Part shown: one piece after another, positions 21,392 through 31,699 of the stretch
Numbering within the stretch: position 1 is the first letter of the stretch
How the letters are laid out: the number at the start of each line of letters is the position of its first letter
DNA from: Nitrospirales bacterium
GTDB taxonomy: Bacteria; Nitrospirota; Nitrospiria; Nitrospirales; UBA8639
Assembly: GCA_963555755.3 (NCBI GenBank)
Contig: OY820905.2
Coordinates: 736,001 to 800,000 of the forward strand
Direction: 5' to 3'
Length of the DNA: 64,000 bases
Made by a program: the position numbers and the translations under genes
The notes under the pieces: model-generated
Told to the model about the DNA's origin: nothing
Seen by the model: only the letters and a program-made list of their open reading frames with translations
Databases searched by the model: none

Positions 21392-21409
21392 CCCCCGGGT
21401 GCCCAAACG

Positions 21410-23030
21410 ATGCCGGCGGCCCTTGGGACAGCGATTCCGTCAACGCGAGGTGGCGCGTGTCTCAAGCCTACTAGCCCCTCTCCAGCCAGTGACACTCCCG
21501 CTCCCTATGAACGCCGGCAGCCCGAAGAGACCACGCTCTACCAGGTCATCCAAGACCACCTCGACACCTTCCTGGCCCAAGTCGAACAGGAAACCGGGAC
21601 AGGTTTGCCCCAGTTTGTCAAAGATGAGTTCGAGGCATTTCTGGAAGGCGGCATCTGAGGGCTCGCGAAACAATACCTTCCCAGAATTCGCGCCCAGATT
21701 TGGGGCAGATTGAGTCGATCTGAGGGAGCAAAACCGCAGGCGTAGCAACGCCCACGTTGAGGATTTTGCGAGTGAAGATCGGCTCAAGATGGCCTGAAGC
21801 TGGGATGCGAAAATGGGAAGGTATTGTTTCGCGAGCCCTGAGCGCATGGGTTTCTGCGCCTGCGGTGTGGGGATTGCGCCCATGAAAAACTGGTGGCCTT
21901 CTCTTGTAAACGGCGAGGGTTTTGCCCGGCGTGTGGCGCCCGCCGCATGGCCGAGACTGCAGCCCATCTGGTTGAGCAGGTTATTCCTCACGTGCCGGTG
22001 CGCCAATGGGTGGTCTCGTTTCCCATCCCGCTGCGGCATCTGTTCGCCACCCAGCCGCACCTGCTTTCCCCGGTGTTGCAAGTCATTCACCGCGCCCTCT
22101 CGACCTTCGTGATCCACCAAGCCGGCTTGACCCATGCCCAGGCGCAAACCGGCGCGGTGCCCCTCATCCAACGCTTTGGCTCCGCCGCGAATCTCAATAT
22201 TCATCTCCATTGCCTCATGCTCGATGGCGTCTATCGCCTCACCGACGGGGTCCCCATCTTCCAGGCCATCCCGGCCCCCACCACCGAGCAACTGCAGACC
22301 GTCCTCACGCGGATCATCACACGGCTGCTGAAGGCCTTAACGCGCCACGGTGCGCTCACGGAGGAAGACACCGAGATTCCGTATCTGACCGACCCCGATG
22401 CCGATCCCGCCTTGGCGCCGCTGCAGGCGGCCGCCTGCACCTACCGCATTGCCCTTGGCCCCCGAGCCGGCCAAAAAGTGCTGCCGTGGAAAGACCCGTC
22501 GTTGCGCCTCGCGAGCCCAGACATGCCGCAATCCCAGGGGTGTGTCAGTGCGCAAGGGTTCAGTCTGCATGCGGACACATGGTGTGGTCCCCATCAGCGA
22601 CAAAAACTCGAACAGCGCTGTCGCGACATCACCCGTCCGGCCCTGGGCCATAAACGCCTGCGCCGTACACCAGCCGGCGAGGTCGTCCTCCAACTCAAAA
22701 CCCCGTACCGCGATGGCACCACCCATCTCGTGATGACCCCGCTGGAATTCCTGCAACGCCTGGCCGCCCTCGTCCCACGTCCCCGACTCCATCTCATTCG
22801 CTTCCATGGCGTGCTGGCGCCCAACGCGGCGCTACGCTCCCAGATCGTGCCCGGCGAGGCCGACCCGGCAACGGACACCGCCCATGAGGATGGCGATTCC
22901 CTCGCTCCTTCAACACGAGCCCACCTGAGTTGGGCGCAATTACTCAAACGCGTCTTCGCCATCGACCTCACCACCTGCCCGCAGTGCGGCGTGGCATTGA
23001 CGCTCCTGGCGGCTATCGAAGATCCCGCGG
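21410..23030 (+). mobile_element. IS91/ISCR-like rolling-circle element copy 1 (pseudogene)
   Basis: YERRQPEETTLY, VAFSCKRRGFCPACG zinc domain, QRFGSAANLNIHLH HUH motif, PRPRLHLIRFHG; 3' end removed at a MITE. Confidence 0.9.
21659..21838. mobile_element. 180-bp MITE in ISCR copy 1
   Basis: 24-bp TIR GGGCTCGCGAAACAATACCTTCCC; TGA TSD. Confidence 0.9.
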
Positions 23031-23162
23031 GGTATTGTCAAGTTAAGTGAATTTGACCAAAAATTAGGCAATACACGAATTCATAACTCATTGATTATTC
23101 AGCATTCAGGTTCCTGCCCCGAGGTAGAAAATCAACCCACTTTGACTTAAGTTGACAATACC
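23031..23162. mobile_element. 132-bp MITE with IS6-like ends
   Basis: TIR GGTATTGTCAASTTAAGT; no TSD; joins truncated ISCR to truncated IS30. Confidence 0.75.
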
Positions 23163-24107
23163 GGGAAAACGCACAAGCAGATTGCTGAAGCACTTGGCCG
23201 ACACCCCTCGACACTCAGTCGAGAAATCAAACGGAATACATATGCGCAGTGTCATGTGTATACCTATCACTGGGCCAGGCAGGTCGTGAAACATCGAAAA
23301 CAAGATGCGAATCGACACAAGTCTCGCAAGCTCACGGATGAACACGCGCAATTGATCACGCAGCTCGTGCGGCAATACGTAAGCCCGGAGCAAATCAGCG
23401 GGTATCTCAAACACCATCAGGCTCTGAGCCTCAGTCACGAAACGATTTATCGGTTCATCTACAGTGATGTCACCCGAAAAGCGGAATTGAAGCCGTTTCT
23501 TCGTCAAGGGGGTCGCCAGCGCCGCACGCGATATGGCTCGGGAGCCCGCGCCTCCTGTATTCCCAATCGCATCTCGATCACGGAGCGCCCCCAAGAAGTA
23601 GAAAAGAAAGACCGCCTCGGGGACTGAGAATGTGATACGGTGATGGGGAAAGATCGAAAAAGCGTGCTGGTGACGGTGGTGGACCGAGCCTCATTGTCTA
23701 CGGTCTGCTCTTGAGTCTTGAGCCGTTCGCCCACGTGGTGAGTCACGCCATCATCCGAATCCTTCGCCCCTTCAAAGCGCGCCTGAAGACCCTCACCTTT
23801 GATCATGGATCAGAGTGTGTGAAGCATGAACGGATTGCCCGTGCCCTGGATGCGACTACCTATTTTGCCCATCCCTATTCATCCTGGGAGCGAGACATCA
23901 ATGAACACACCAACGGACTCCTTCGACAGTGTTTCCCGAAGCAACCGGATTTCAGGAAGATATCCTGGCAACAGGTGAATGAGGCCGTCGACCACCTCAA
24001 TAATCGTCCAAGAAAAACCCGCGGGTATCGAACCCCCAACCCACTATTCAACAATCACTTCGTCCCGCTTGTTGCGAGATCATTGCACTTGCTACTTGAA
24101 TTCAAGC
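23163..24107 (+). pseudogene. IS30-family transposase remnant
   Basis: IAEALGRHPSTLSREIKRN, SPEQISG, SHETIY, RLGD*ECD (W->stop), HPYSSWER..NEHTNGLLRQ, LNNRPRK. Confidence 0.9.
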
Positions 24108-24296
24108 CCTTTTGTAAAGGCCTTTTAAAATTTCTATTCCCTCTCCTGACTGGCGAGGCACAATGACGGGTCTTTCCACGTCAGCTCTTTTTGTCCCGTT
24201 CGGGGTCCGAGCGCAATGCGGTAGGTGCAGGCCGCCGCAGGTCTTCTATTGACAAAATTGTTATTTGTGGTCACAATGACTACAGGAGGAATTGCC

Positions 24297-24584
24297 ATGG
24301 ATAAAGTCGTTGGAGCAAGGGAATTAAAAACACGGTTGGGCAGTTACATTCAACAAGTCCGAAACGGAACGACGTTTGTCGTCACCGAACGAGGACAACC
24401 AGTGGCCGAGTTGCGCCCATTGACATTGAAGGGCACAAAAGAAGAAATTCGTTTGCGCGAATTAGTCGCCACTGGGAGGATTTCGCATGCCTCTTCTGAC
24501 TCGTTTCGACCCTTTAAACCTATTCGGATGAAAGGGAAACCGTTATCCAAGACCATTATTGAAGATCGAAAGGATCGACTGTGA
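24297..24584 (+). CDS. Phd/YefM-family antitoxin
   Basis: VGARELKTRLGSYIQQV..VTERGQPVAEL; AGGAGG RBS; TTGACA-17-CACAAT upstream. Confidence 0.9.
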   Translation: MDKVVGARELKTRLGSYIQQVRNGTTFVVTERGQPVAELRPLTLKGTKEEIRLRELVATGRISHASSDSFRPFKPIRMKGKPLSKTIIEDRKDRL

Positions 24585-25006
24585 CACGGTATTTCGACGC
24601 CAGCGCTCTGGCCAAACGATATGTACACGAAGCAGGCAGCCAACAGATGACACGGCTCTTGGCCCAAAGCCATCCTGCCACCAGTCGCTTCACAGAGGTT
24701 GAGGTAGCGTCCGCGTTGGCCAGACGCGCACGAGAAGGCTCGTTGACCTTACGAGAACGTGATCGTGCGCTCGCCGCATTGCAACAGGATATGGCAACAT
24801 TTTATGTTGTCGAAATGATTTCTGAAGTAACCGATCAAGCTGTGGCGATACTCACACGACATCGATTACGCGCTCCGGATGCCATCCAACTGGCCTCTAC
24901 CCTTTACTTACAGAAACACTTGCCAGACCAACTTGAACTGGTTGCATTCGATCAGCAACTCCTCGATATTGCGGATCGTGAAGGGATAAGAGTTTGGGAG
25001 GCGTGA
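24581..25006 (+). CDS. VapC-like PIN-domain toxin
   Basis: YFDASALAKRY, EVASAL, LRAPDAIQLA, AFDQQL; overlaps the antitoxin stop. Confidence 0.9.
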   Translation: MTRYFDASALAKRYVHEAGSQQMTRLLAQSHPATSRFTEVEVASALARRAREGSLTLRERDRALAALQQDMATFYVVEMISEVTDQAVAILTRHRLRAPDAIQLASTLYLQKHLPDQLELVAFDQQLLDIADREGIRVWEA

Positions 25007-25050
25007 TTTTCCTTAGAAAAATTAGAAGTGCTACTAACTAATGCGAAACG

Positions 25051-25507
25051 CTGAGTATCCCCGATATCCGCATACGTTTCCCCAAAAAACCCCATCTCCG
25101 ATCCTTGAGCACAGGGAAGGTGCAGCCCGGCTCGAACCATAAGGCTGTACAGACCGAGAACTTTCAGATTGACGGTTTTCCCACCCGTATTCGGACCGGA
25201 AATCACCAAAATATTTTGATCTTTTTCAAAAAAGATGTCATTGGGAATCACGGTGCTGCGAGCAAGCATCAATAAAGGGTGCCGTGCCTTGGACAAACGA
25301 ATATGCCCATCCTCCGATAGTTGCACAGGATGCGCCTGCAGACGTTGGCTCAAACGCGCCTTCGCCCCAATGCTGTCCAAAATCGTGAGCACCTTCAGAT
25401 ACTGTTGAATCGTCGGAATATGCTCAACAATCATCGAACTCAGCACAGCAAGGATTCGATGAATTTCTCGAGCCACCGCCAACTCCCCGACCTTGATACG
25501 ATTATTG
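25051..25507 (-). pseudogene. 457-bp internal duplicate of mutS2 (matches 18437-18893)
   Basis: Colinear; about 14 substitutions counted by eye. Confidence 0.92.
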
Positions 25508-25636
25508 TAAAGGGGTCATAAAGGGGTCATAAAGGGGTCAAATCTTTGGTTGAGTAAAGGGGTCAAATCTTTGGTTGAGAGTTTCAGATGGAACGTAAAG
25601 GGGTCAAATCTTTGGTTGAGAGTTTCAGATGGAACG
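25508..25636. repeat. Ladder of progressively longer TAAAGGGGTCA.. repeats (RAYT left end)
   Basis: Units of 11, 11, 25 and 41 bp, then full length; inverted copy TCAACCAAAGATTTGACCCCT at about 26596-26616. Confidence 0.85.
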
Positions 25637-25651
25637 AGGTAGACTCTCGGG

Positions 25652-26611
25652 ATGGCACGACCTCTCCGCATAGAGTATCCGGGCGCGGTCTATCATGTGA
25701 TGAACCGCGGTCTGGCGCGGCAAGCCGTGTTCCGCGATCCCACCGATTATGAGACCTTTCTCCAGGTGTTGAGTGACACCCATGCGCTGTGGGGTGTCGA
25801 GGTGTTCGCTTATTGTCTGATGGGGAATCATTATCATCTTTGCCTCCGCACGCCAACCGCCAATTTAGGCCGCGTGATGCGCCATATAAATGGCCTCTAT
25901 ACGCAACGGTTTAATCGCGCGCATCGGCGAGATGGCCCCTTGTTTCGAGGGCGGTATAAAGCGATTGTCGTGGAAGCGGACGCGTATTTGGCTGACGTGA
26001 TCCGCTATATTCATCTCAATCCCGTACAGGCCAAGCTGGTTCAGACCCCGGAAGCCTACCGGTGGAGTAGCCATGCGCGGTATCTCACTCCCCGATCTGC
26101 CCCTCCCTGGCTGGGCGTTCGTGAAGTGTTGGCCAGTATTGGTCCACCCCGCGTCTTTCATGAGTTTGTGCTGTCGGGCAATGAGGACGCCTTGGAGGCC
26201 TTTTATGCCGCAGGTCGTCAAGTGCCGGTATTAGGCACGGAAGGGTTTGGGGCCTGGGTGCGGAAAAAGGTTCGGCGGCTCTCGGCGGAACATCCACGGT
26301 ATGAGCGAGTGAAGGTGCGGCCGTCGGTCCGGCAGGTGCTGCAGCGAGTCGCGACGGTTTTTCAGGTCAAGAGGGCGGCGTTACAGACCAGTCGGCGGGG
26401 GGAAACCAACGACGCGCGCAAGGTGGCGATGTATCTGGTGAAACGGCTCTGTGATCTGACGTTGCCCGAGACGGCCCGGGAGTTTGGCGTGACCAGTTAT
26501 GGGGCCGTCGGGTGGGCCTGTGCGCAGGTGCGGGCAAAACAAGATGCGGAGCCACGGTTCAAGAAGCGAGTGGAAGAGGTCGAGGCATTATTTAGTCAAC
26601 CAAAGATTTGA
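25652..26611 (+). CDS. REP-associated tyrosine (HUH/Y1) transposase with C-terminal DnaA-domain-IV-like HTH
   Basis: MARPLRIEYPGAVYHVMNRG, YCLMGNHYHL, LFRGRYK, YIHLNP, YRWSS; C-terminal ARKVAMYLVKRL..LPETAREFG. Confidence 0.9.
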   Translation: MARPLRIEYPGAVYHVMNRGLARQAVFRDPTDYETFLQVLSDTHALWGVEVFAYCLMGNHYHLCLRTPTANLGRVMRHINGLYTQRFNRAHRRDGPLFRGRYKAIVVEADAYLADVIRYIHLNPVQAKLVQTPEAYRWSSHARYLTPRSAPPWLGVREVLASIGPPRVFHEFVLSGNEDALEAFYAAGRQVPVLGTEGFGAWVRKKVRRLSAEHPRYERVKVRPSVRQVLQRVATVFQVKRAALQTSRRGETNDARKVAMYLVKRLCDLTLPETAREFGVTSYGAVGWACAQVRAKQDAEPRFKKRVEEVEALFSQPKI

Positions 26612-26619
26612 CCCCTATT

Positions 26620-28403
26620 CAAGTCGAACAGGAAACGGGGTCGGGGCTGCCTCAGTTTGTCAAAGACGAGTTCGAGGCATTTCTGGAAGGCGGGATCTGA
26701 GGGCTCGCGAAACAATACCTTCCCAGAATTCGCGCCCAGATTTGGGGCAGATTGAGTCGATCTGAGGGAGCAAAACCGCAGGCGTCGCAACGCCCACGTT
26801 GAGGATTGTGCGAGTGAAGATCGGCTCAAGATGGCCTGAAGCTAGGATGCGAAAAGGGGAAGGTATTGTTTCGCGAGCCCTGAGCGCACGGGTTTCTGCG
26901 CCTGCGATGTGGGGACTGCGCCCATGAGAAGCTGGTGGCCTTCTCCTGTAAACGCCGCGGGTTTTGCCCGGGGCCTGTGGCGCCAGACGCATGGCCGAGA
27001 CTGCCGCCCATCTGGGGGAGCAGGTGATCCCTCACGTGCCCGTGCGCCAATGGGTGGTCTCGTGTCCTATCCCCTTGCGGCATCTGTTCGCGACCCAGCC
27101 GCAGCGGCGTTCCCCGGTGTTGCAGGTCATCCACCGCGCCCTCTCGACCTTCGTGATCCACCAAGCCGGCTTGACCCATGCCCAGGCCCAGACCGGCGCG
27201 GTGACCCTCATCCAACGCTTTGGCTCCGCCGCGAATCTCAACATTCATCTGCATTGCCTGATGCTCGATGGCGTCTATCATCTCACGGACGGGGTCCCGA
27301 TCTTCCAGGCCATCCCGGCCCCCACCACTGACCAGCTGCAGGCGTTACTCACGCGGATCATCACGCGCCTCCTAAAGGCCTTAACAGGCCACGGCGCACT
27401 CATGGCAGAAGACACCGAGATCCCATATCTGACCAACCCCGATGCCGATCCCGCCTTGGCCCCGCTGCAGGCAGCCGCCTGCACCTACCGCATTGCCCTT
27501 GGCCCCCGAGCGGGACAAAAAGTGCTGACATGGAAAGATCCGGCCGTGCGCCTGGCCAGTCAAGAGGCACCACAGCCAAAGGGCTGTGTGAGTGCCCAGG
27601 GATTTAGCCTGCATGCGGATACCTGGTGTGGACCTCATCAACGGCAGAAACTCGAACAGCTCTGTCGCGACACCACCCGTCCGGCCCTGGGCCATAAACG
27701 CCTGCGCCGCACCCCGGCCGGCGAGGTCGTGTTGCAACTCAAAACGCCCTACCGCGATGGCACCACCCATCTCGTGATGACCCCGCTGGAATTCCTCCAA
27801 CGCTTGGCCGCGCTCGTCCCGCGTCCCCGGCTGCATCTCATTCGCTTCCATGGGGTGCTGGCCCCCAACGCGGCGCTGCGGTCCCAAATCGTCCCCGGTG
27901 AGCCCGACCAGGTGCCGAACACCACCGAGGGGAACGACGATTCCCTCTCTGCCTCCACACGGGCTCGTATGAGCTGGGCCCAATGACTCAAACGCGTCTT
28001 CGCCATCGACCTCACCACCTGTCCACAATGCGGCGGGCCATTGACCATCCTCGCGGCGCTCGAAGATCCCACCGTGATCATCAAGATTCTGGGCCACCTG
28101 GGCCTACCCCGCCGCGCCCCACCACGCGCCCCAGCCCGCCTCGACGCATTCATGCAAACAGCCTAATCCCTCCCCGGATTCCGGTTCGGTACCCGAACCG
28201 ACACTCCCCCTTTGCCCGTTTCCACCCTACACGCCACGAGCAAGCAACAGATTTGGCATAATCCCTGGCAAAAGGGCCAGGAAGCCCCGACTCACCGGAT
28301 GCACTCCCGCCTTTCAGACGGCGAAGTGTGCGGATGGACCCCTCACCGCGTTCTTTGGTACGTTGCGGTCTAGTCAAAAAGGCCTTTTGAATTTCCTATT
28401 CCC
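26620..28403 (+). mobile_element. IS91/ISCR-like element copy 2 (5' truncated, pseudogene) with oriIS-like 3' end
   Basis: Homologous to copy 1; ends CCTTTTGAATTTCCTATTCCC, resembling the ISCR oriIS. Confidence 0.88.
26701..26880. mobile_element. 180-bp MITE in ISCR copy 2, at the same site as in copy 1
   Basis: Same TIR and TGA TSD as 21659-21838. Confidence 0.9.
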
Positions 28404-28711
28404 CGTTACGGGTTTAATTTGATGATCTATTGAAGCTGGAATTTCAAGGGACGATGATAAGTAAGGAGAAGTCCGTTTAACAAAGTTCGAGGGTTGAAAT
28501 TTTCCTCCCAAAAGGGCTTGCCTATACAGAAAAATGGACATATGCTAATAGAGTCATATTCAAATAAAATTTTAGGTCGCAAAAGATGGAAAATCCCAAT
28601 TGAATCGGGTTGAACACGGCACATGGGGATTATTTGAGGCCAGGAGCGAAGCTGGTCGGAATGTTTACTCTCATCCGAAATAAAAAACTGTCGTTAATGG
28701 AGAACAAGAAT

Positions 28712-29211
28712 ATGTTGAATTCGAAAAAAATCGCCATCACGCTCCTGGCGCTTCTGGGATCTTTGCCGTTGCCGGGCCAGCCACGGCGACAGAGTTTGAT
28801 CTCAAGGTATACAACAAGACTCAGGAGAAGACTGACACGGACAAGGGGACGAAAATCATGCTGTCACTCTACGATTACAGTAAAAAGAATGGTCGCGGGG
28901 GCCTAATTAAAAGCAGGATCGTCGATCCGGGGAAAATGCAAAAATTCATTATAAGCACCTCAGACTGCGACAAGAGAAAGCACAAGGTATTCACGATCAA
29001 AAGAGCCGATTCTGACGGCAACGCCGGTCAACAGATCGCTAGTAGCATTATCATGATGAGGACCGGCAGCTGCAGGAGAGCCAATAAGACGTACGAAGAA
29101 TTCACGGACGTCCAAAATGACGCCTTCGGACTCCGGAAAGAAAATTTGAGCGGCGGCCAGTACCGCGTCAACGTCAGATGCTTGACTGCGGGTAGTTGCG
29201 AACAACAATGA
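28712..29211 (+). pseudogene. Secreted-protein array member 1 (frameshift in the signal-peptide region)
   Basis: MLNSKKIAI.. start; one base short at about 28757 relative to paralogs; mature part ends VRCLTAGSCEQQ. Confidence 0.75.
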
Positions 29212-29326
29212 TGGCATTCAGGAAGTTGAGCATGGTACATGGGGATTATTTGGGGCCAGGCCCAAGCCAGTAAGAAGCCTTACTCTTATCCGAAATAAAA
29301 AACTATGATTAATGGAGAACAAGAAT

Positions 29327-29860
29327 ATGTTGAATTCTAAAAAAATCGCCATCGCGTTGCTAGCCCTGGTGGGGATCTTTGTTGTTGCCGGGCCAGCTAC
29401 GGCGGATACGAATACGGTGTTTTCTCTCAAGGTGTTCAACAAGACTGAGAAGAAGGCTGACGCGGACAAGGGGACGAAAATCTTGCTATCACTCTACGAT
29501 TACAATAATAAAAAACGGGGCAGCCTTCAGGACCACAGGATCATCAACCCGGGGGAAATGACCAACATCGATTTTAAATTCTCCAGCTGCTACAAGACCA
29601 AGCACCGGGAGTTCGTGATCAATACAGTCGATAGCAACAACAAAGTCCTCCGTGAGATCGCTTACAGCAGGATCAGGATGCAGATCAAGGATGGTTGCTT
29701 TGCTAGCGAAGTAGAGTTCCAGGACTTCACAGATATCCCAGGTGACAACTTCAAGTTGACTAAGGACAGATCTAATGGTCTCAGGTTCAAAGTCTACGTC
29801 AAATGCGAGAGTGCAGGTAGTTGCGAACAACAAAAGGGGGACGGTTCTAACATAGAGTAG
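29327..29860 (+). CDS. Secreted-protein array member 2
   Basis: Signal MLNSKKIAIALLALVGIFVVAGPATA; LKVFNKT..KGTKI; VKCESAGSCEQ. Confidence 0.85.
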   Translation: MLNSKKIAIALLALVGIFVVAGPATADTNTVFSLKVFNKTEKKADADKGTKILLSLYDYNNKKRGSLQDHRIINPGEMTNIDFKFSSCYKTKHREFVINTVDSNNKVLREIAYSRIRMQIKDGCFASEVEFQDFTDIPGDNFKLTKDRSNGLRFKVYVKCESAGSCEQQKGDGSNIE

Positions 29861-30053
29861 CCTCCTACGGGCCTGGGAAAATAGGGGAAGTAGCCTTTAC
29901 GGAGCAGGTAGCCTCGACAGGGTAGTCTTCTCCAGATTTCATCCAGGAAGTTAAGCATGGAACATGGGGATTGTTGGGTCCAGGCGCGAAGCGGGTGGCA
30001 ATGTTTACTCTAACCCAAAATAACAAACCATCAATAAACAGGAGAACAAAAAG

Positions 30054-30569
30054 ATGATAAATTCTAAAAAAATCGCCATCGCGTTGCTGGCCCTTGTAGG
30101 GATCTGTTTTGTTGCCGGGCCAGCCATGGCGAGTGAAACGTATTATCTCTATGTGTACAACAAAACTGATAATCGGATGAAACAATACAAAGGGACGAAA
30201 ATCAGCGTGTCAGTCTACCATGTCAAAAATAGTGTAAAGGGTTCCCTTAAGGCAACAAAGGAAATTCCAATAAAGGGAATTGCAACAGGAATAGGAACGT
30301 TCAAGTTTGGCTCCGGCGGTTGCACCGGAACCAAGCACCGGTTGTTTGAGATCAAAACAATCGACAAGGCCGGCATCGTCGGCCCTCTGATCGCTAGCAG
30401 CAGGCTCAGGATGAAGAACACGTCGTGCGTGACTGATCCCGAAATAGAGTTCCAGGGCTTCGTTGACGAATCAAATGACAACTTCAATATCACTAAAGAA
30501 AAAAGGTATAAAAACAAGTTCTACGTCTACGTCAACTGCAATGGTGCGGGTAATTGCGAAAGACAATGA
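30054..30569 (+). CDS. Secreted-protein array member 3
   Basis: Same signal; LYVYNKT..KGTKI; VNCNGAGNCER. Confidence 0.85.
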   Translation: MINSKKIAIALLALVGICFVAGPAMASETYYLYVYNKTDNRMKQYKGTKISVSVYHVKNSVKGSLKATKEIPIKGIATGIGTFKFGSGGCTGTKHRLFEIKTIDKAGIVGPLIASSRLRMKNTSCVTDPEIEFQGFVDESNDNFNITKEKRYKNKFYVYVNCNGAGNCERQ

Positions 30570-30740
30570 GGGTAAATTACGAACTCTACGGATCAGGAAA
30601 CGAGAGTAGGTGGCAGACAGCCTCGACAGGGCAGTTTTCTCTAGATTTCATTCAGTAAGTTGAGCATGGCACATGGGGCTGACAGGAATGTTCACTCTGC
30701 CCCGAAATAACAAACTAGCAATAAACGGGAGAACAAGAAG

Positions 30741-31247
30741 ATGATAAATTCGAAAAAAATCGCCATCGCGCTACTGGTGGCCCTGGTGGGGACCTTTGCT
30801 GTTGCCGCGCCAGCCATAGCTATGAAGTTTAAACTCTATGTGTACAACAATACTGGTGAGAAGGCGGACAAGGACGAAGGGACGAAAATCCAGGTGTCAA
30901 TCTACAAATACAGCAATGGCAAAATTGGCAGCCTTAAGGAAACCATGATAATTTCACCCAAGGTAAATGAAGCAACTGGAATAGGAAAGTTCATTTTTAA
31001 TACCGCGATCGGCAACACTCAGCACCGGAGGTACCTGATCAAAACAGTCGACAACGATGGCAAAATCGGCAAAGCGATCGGGAGTGGTAGGGTCATGATG
31101 AGGGTCAAAACCAGTTCTAGCAAATTAAAGCTCGAGGACATCGTGGACTTCAAGAATGACAATTTCACTACTACTACAAATATAAAGTTTAGAGACAGTA
31201 TCTATGTCTACGTCACGTGCAATAAAGCGGGCGTTTGCGAAGACTAA
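30741..31247 (+). CDS. Secreted-protein array member 4
   Basis: Same signal; LYVYNNT..EGTKI; VTCNKAGVCED. Confidence 0.85.
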   Translation: MINSKKIAIALLVALVGTFAVAAPAIAMKFKLYVYNNTGEKADKDEGTKIQVSIYKYSNGKIGSLKETMIISPKVNEATGIGKFIFNTAIGNTQHRRYLIKTVDNDGKIGKAIGSGRVMMRVKTSSSKLKLEDIVDFKNDNFTTTTNIKFRDSIYVYVTCNKAGVCED

Positions 31248-31446
31248 GGCAGTTGGTTCGGCCCCTGGAAATCCAGTTGAAATATTGACCGGGAAAAAAG
31301 GGCAACGCCCTTTACGGAGCAAATAGTCTCGACAGGGCAGTTTTCTCCAGATTTCATCCAGGAAGTTGAGCATGGCACATGGGGCTGACAGGAATGTTCA
31401 CTCTGCCCCGAAATAACAACCCATCAATAAACGGGAGAACAAGAAG

Positions 31447-31699
31447 ATGATGCATTCGAAAAAAATCGCCATCGCGCTCCTGGCCCTGGTGGGGATCTTT
31501 GCTGTTGCCGCGCCAGCCATGGCGTCAACACTTAAACTCAGGGTGTACAACAAAACTAATGAAGCGGTGGGCGATGACGGGACGAAAATCAAGGTGTGGG
31601 TCTTCAAATACGATAATGGCCGGCGCGACTTGCAGAAAAGTCAGATCGCCAAACCGGGAGAAAAGAGCAAATTCAAATTTAATTTCACCGACTGTTACA
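31447..31699 (+). pseudogene. Secreted-protein array member 5, truncated by IS256
   Basis: Same signal; LRVYNKT..DGTKI; homology stops at the IS256 end. Confidence 0.8.

Noticed and set aside
28610..31446. Integron attC sites or sigma-54 promoters in the array leader
   Set aside because: No RYYYAAC..GTTRRRY palindromic structure or integrase; TGGCAC is not followed by TTGC at -12.
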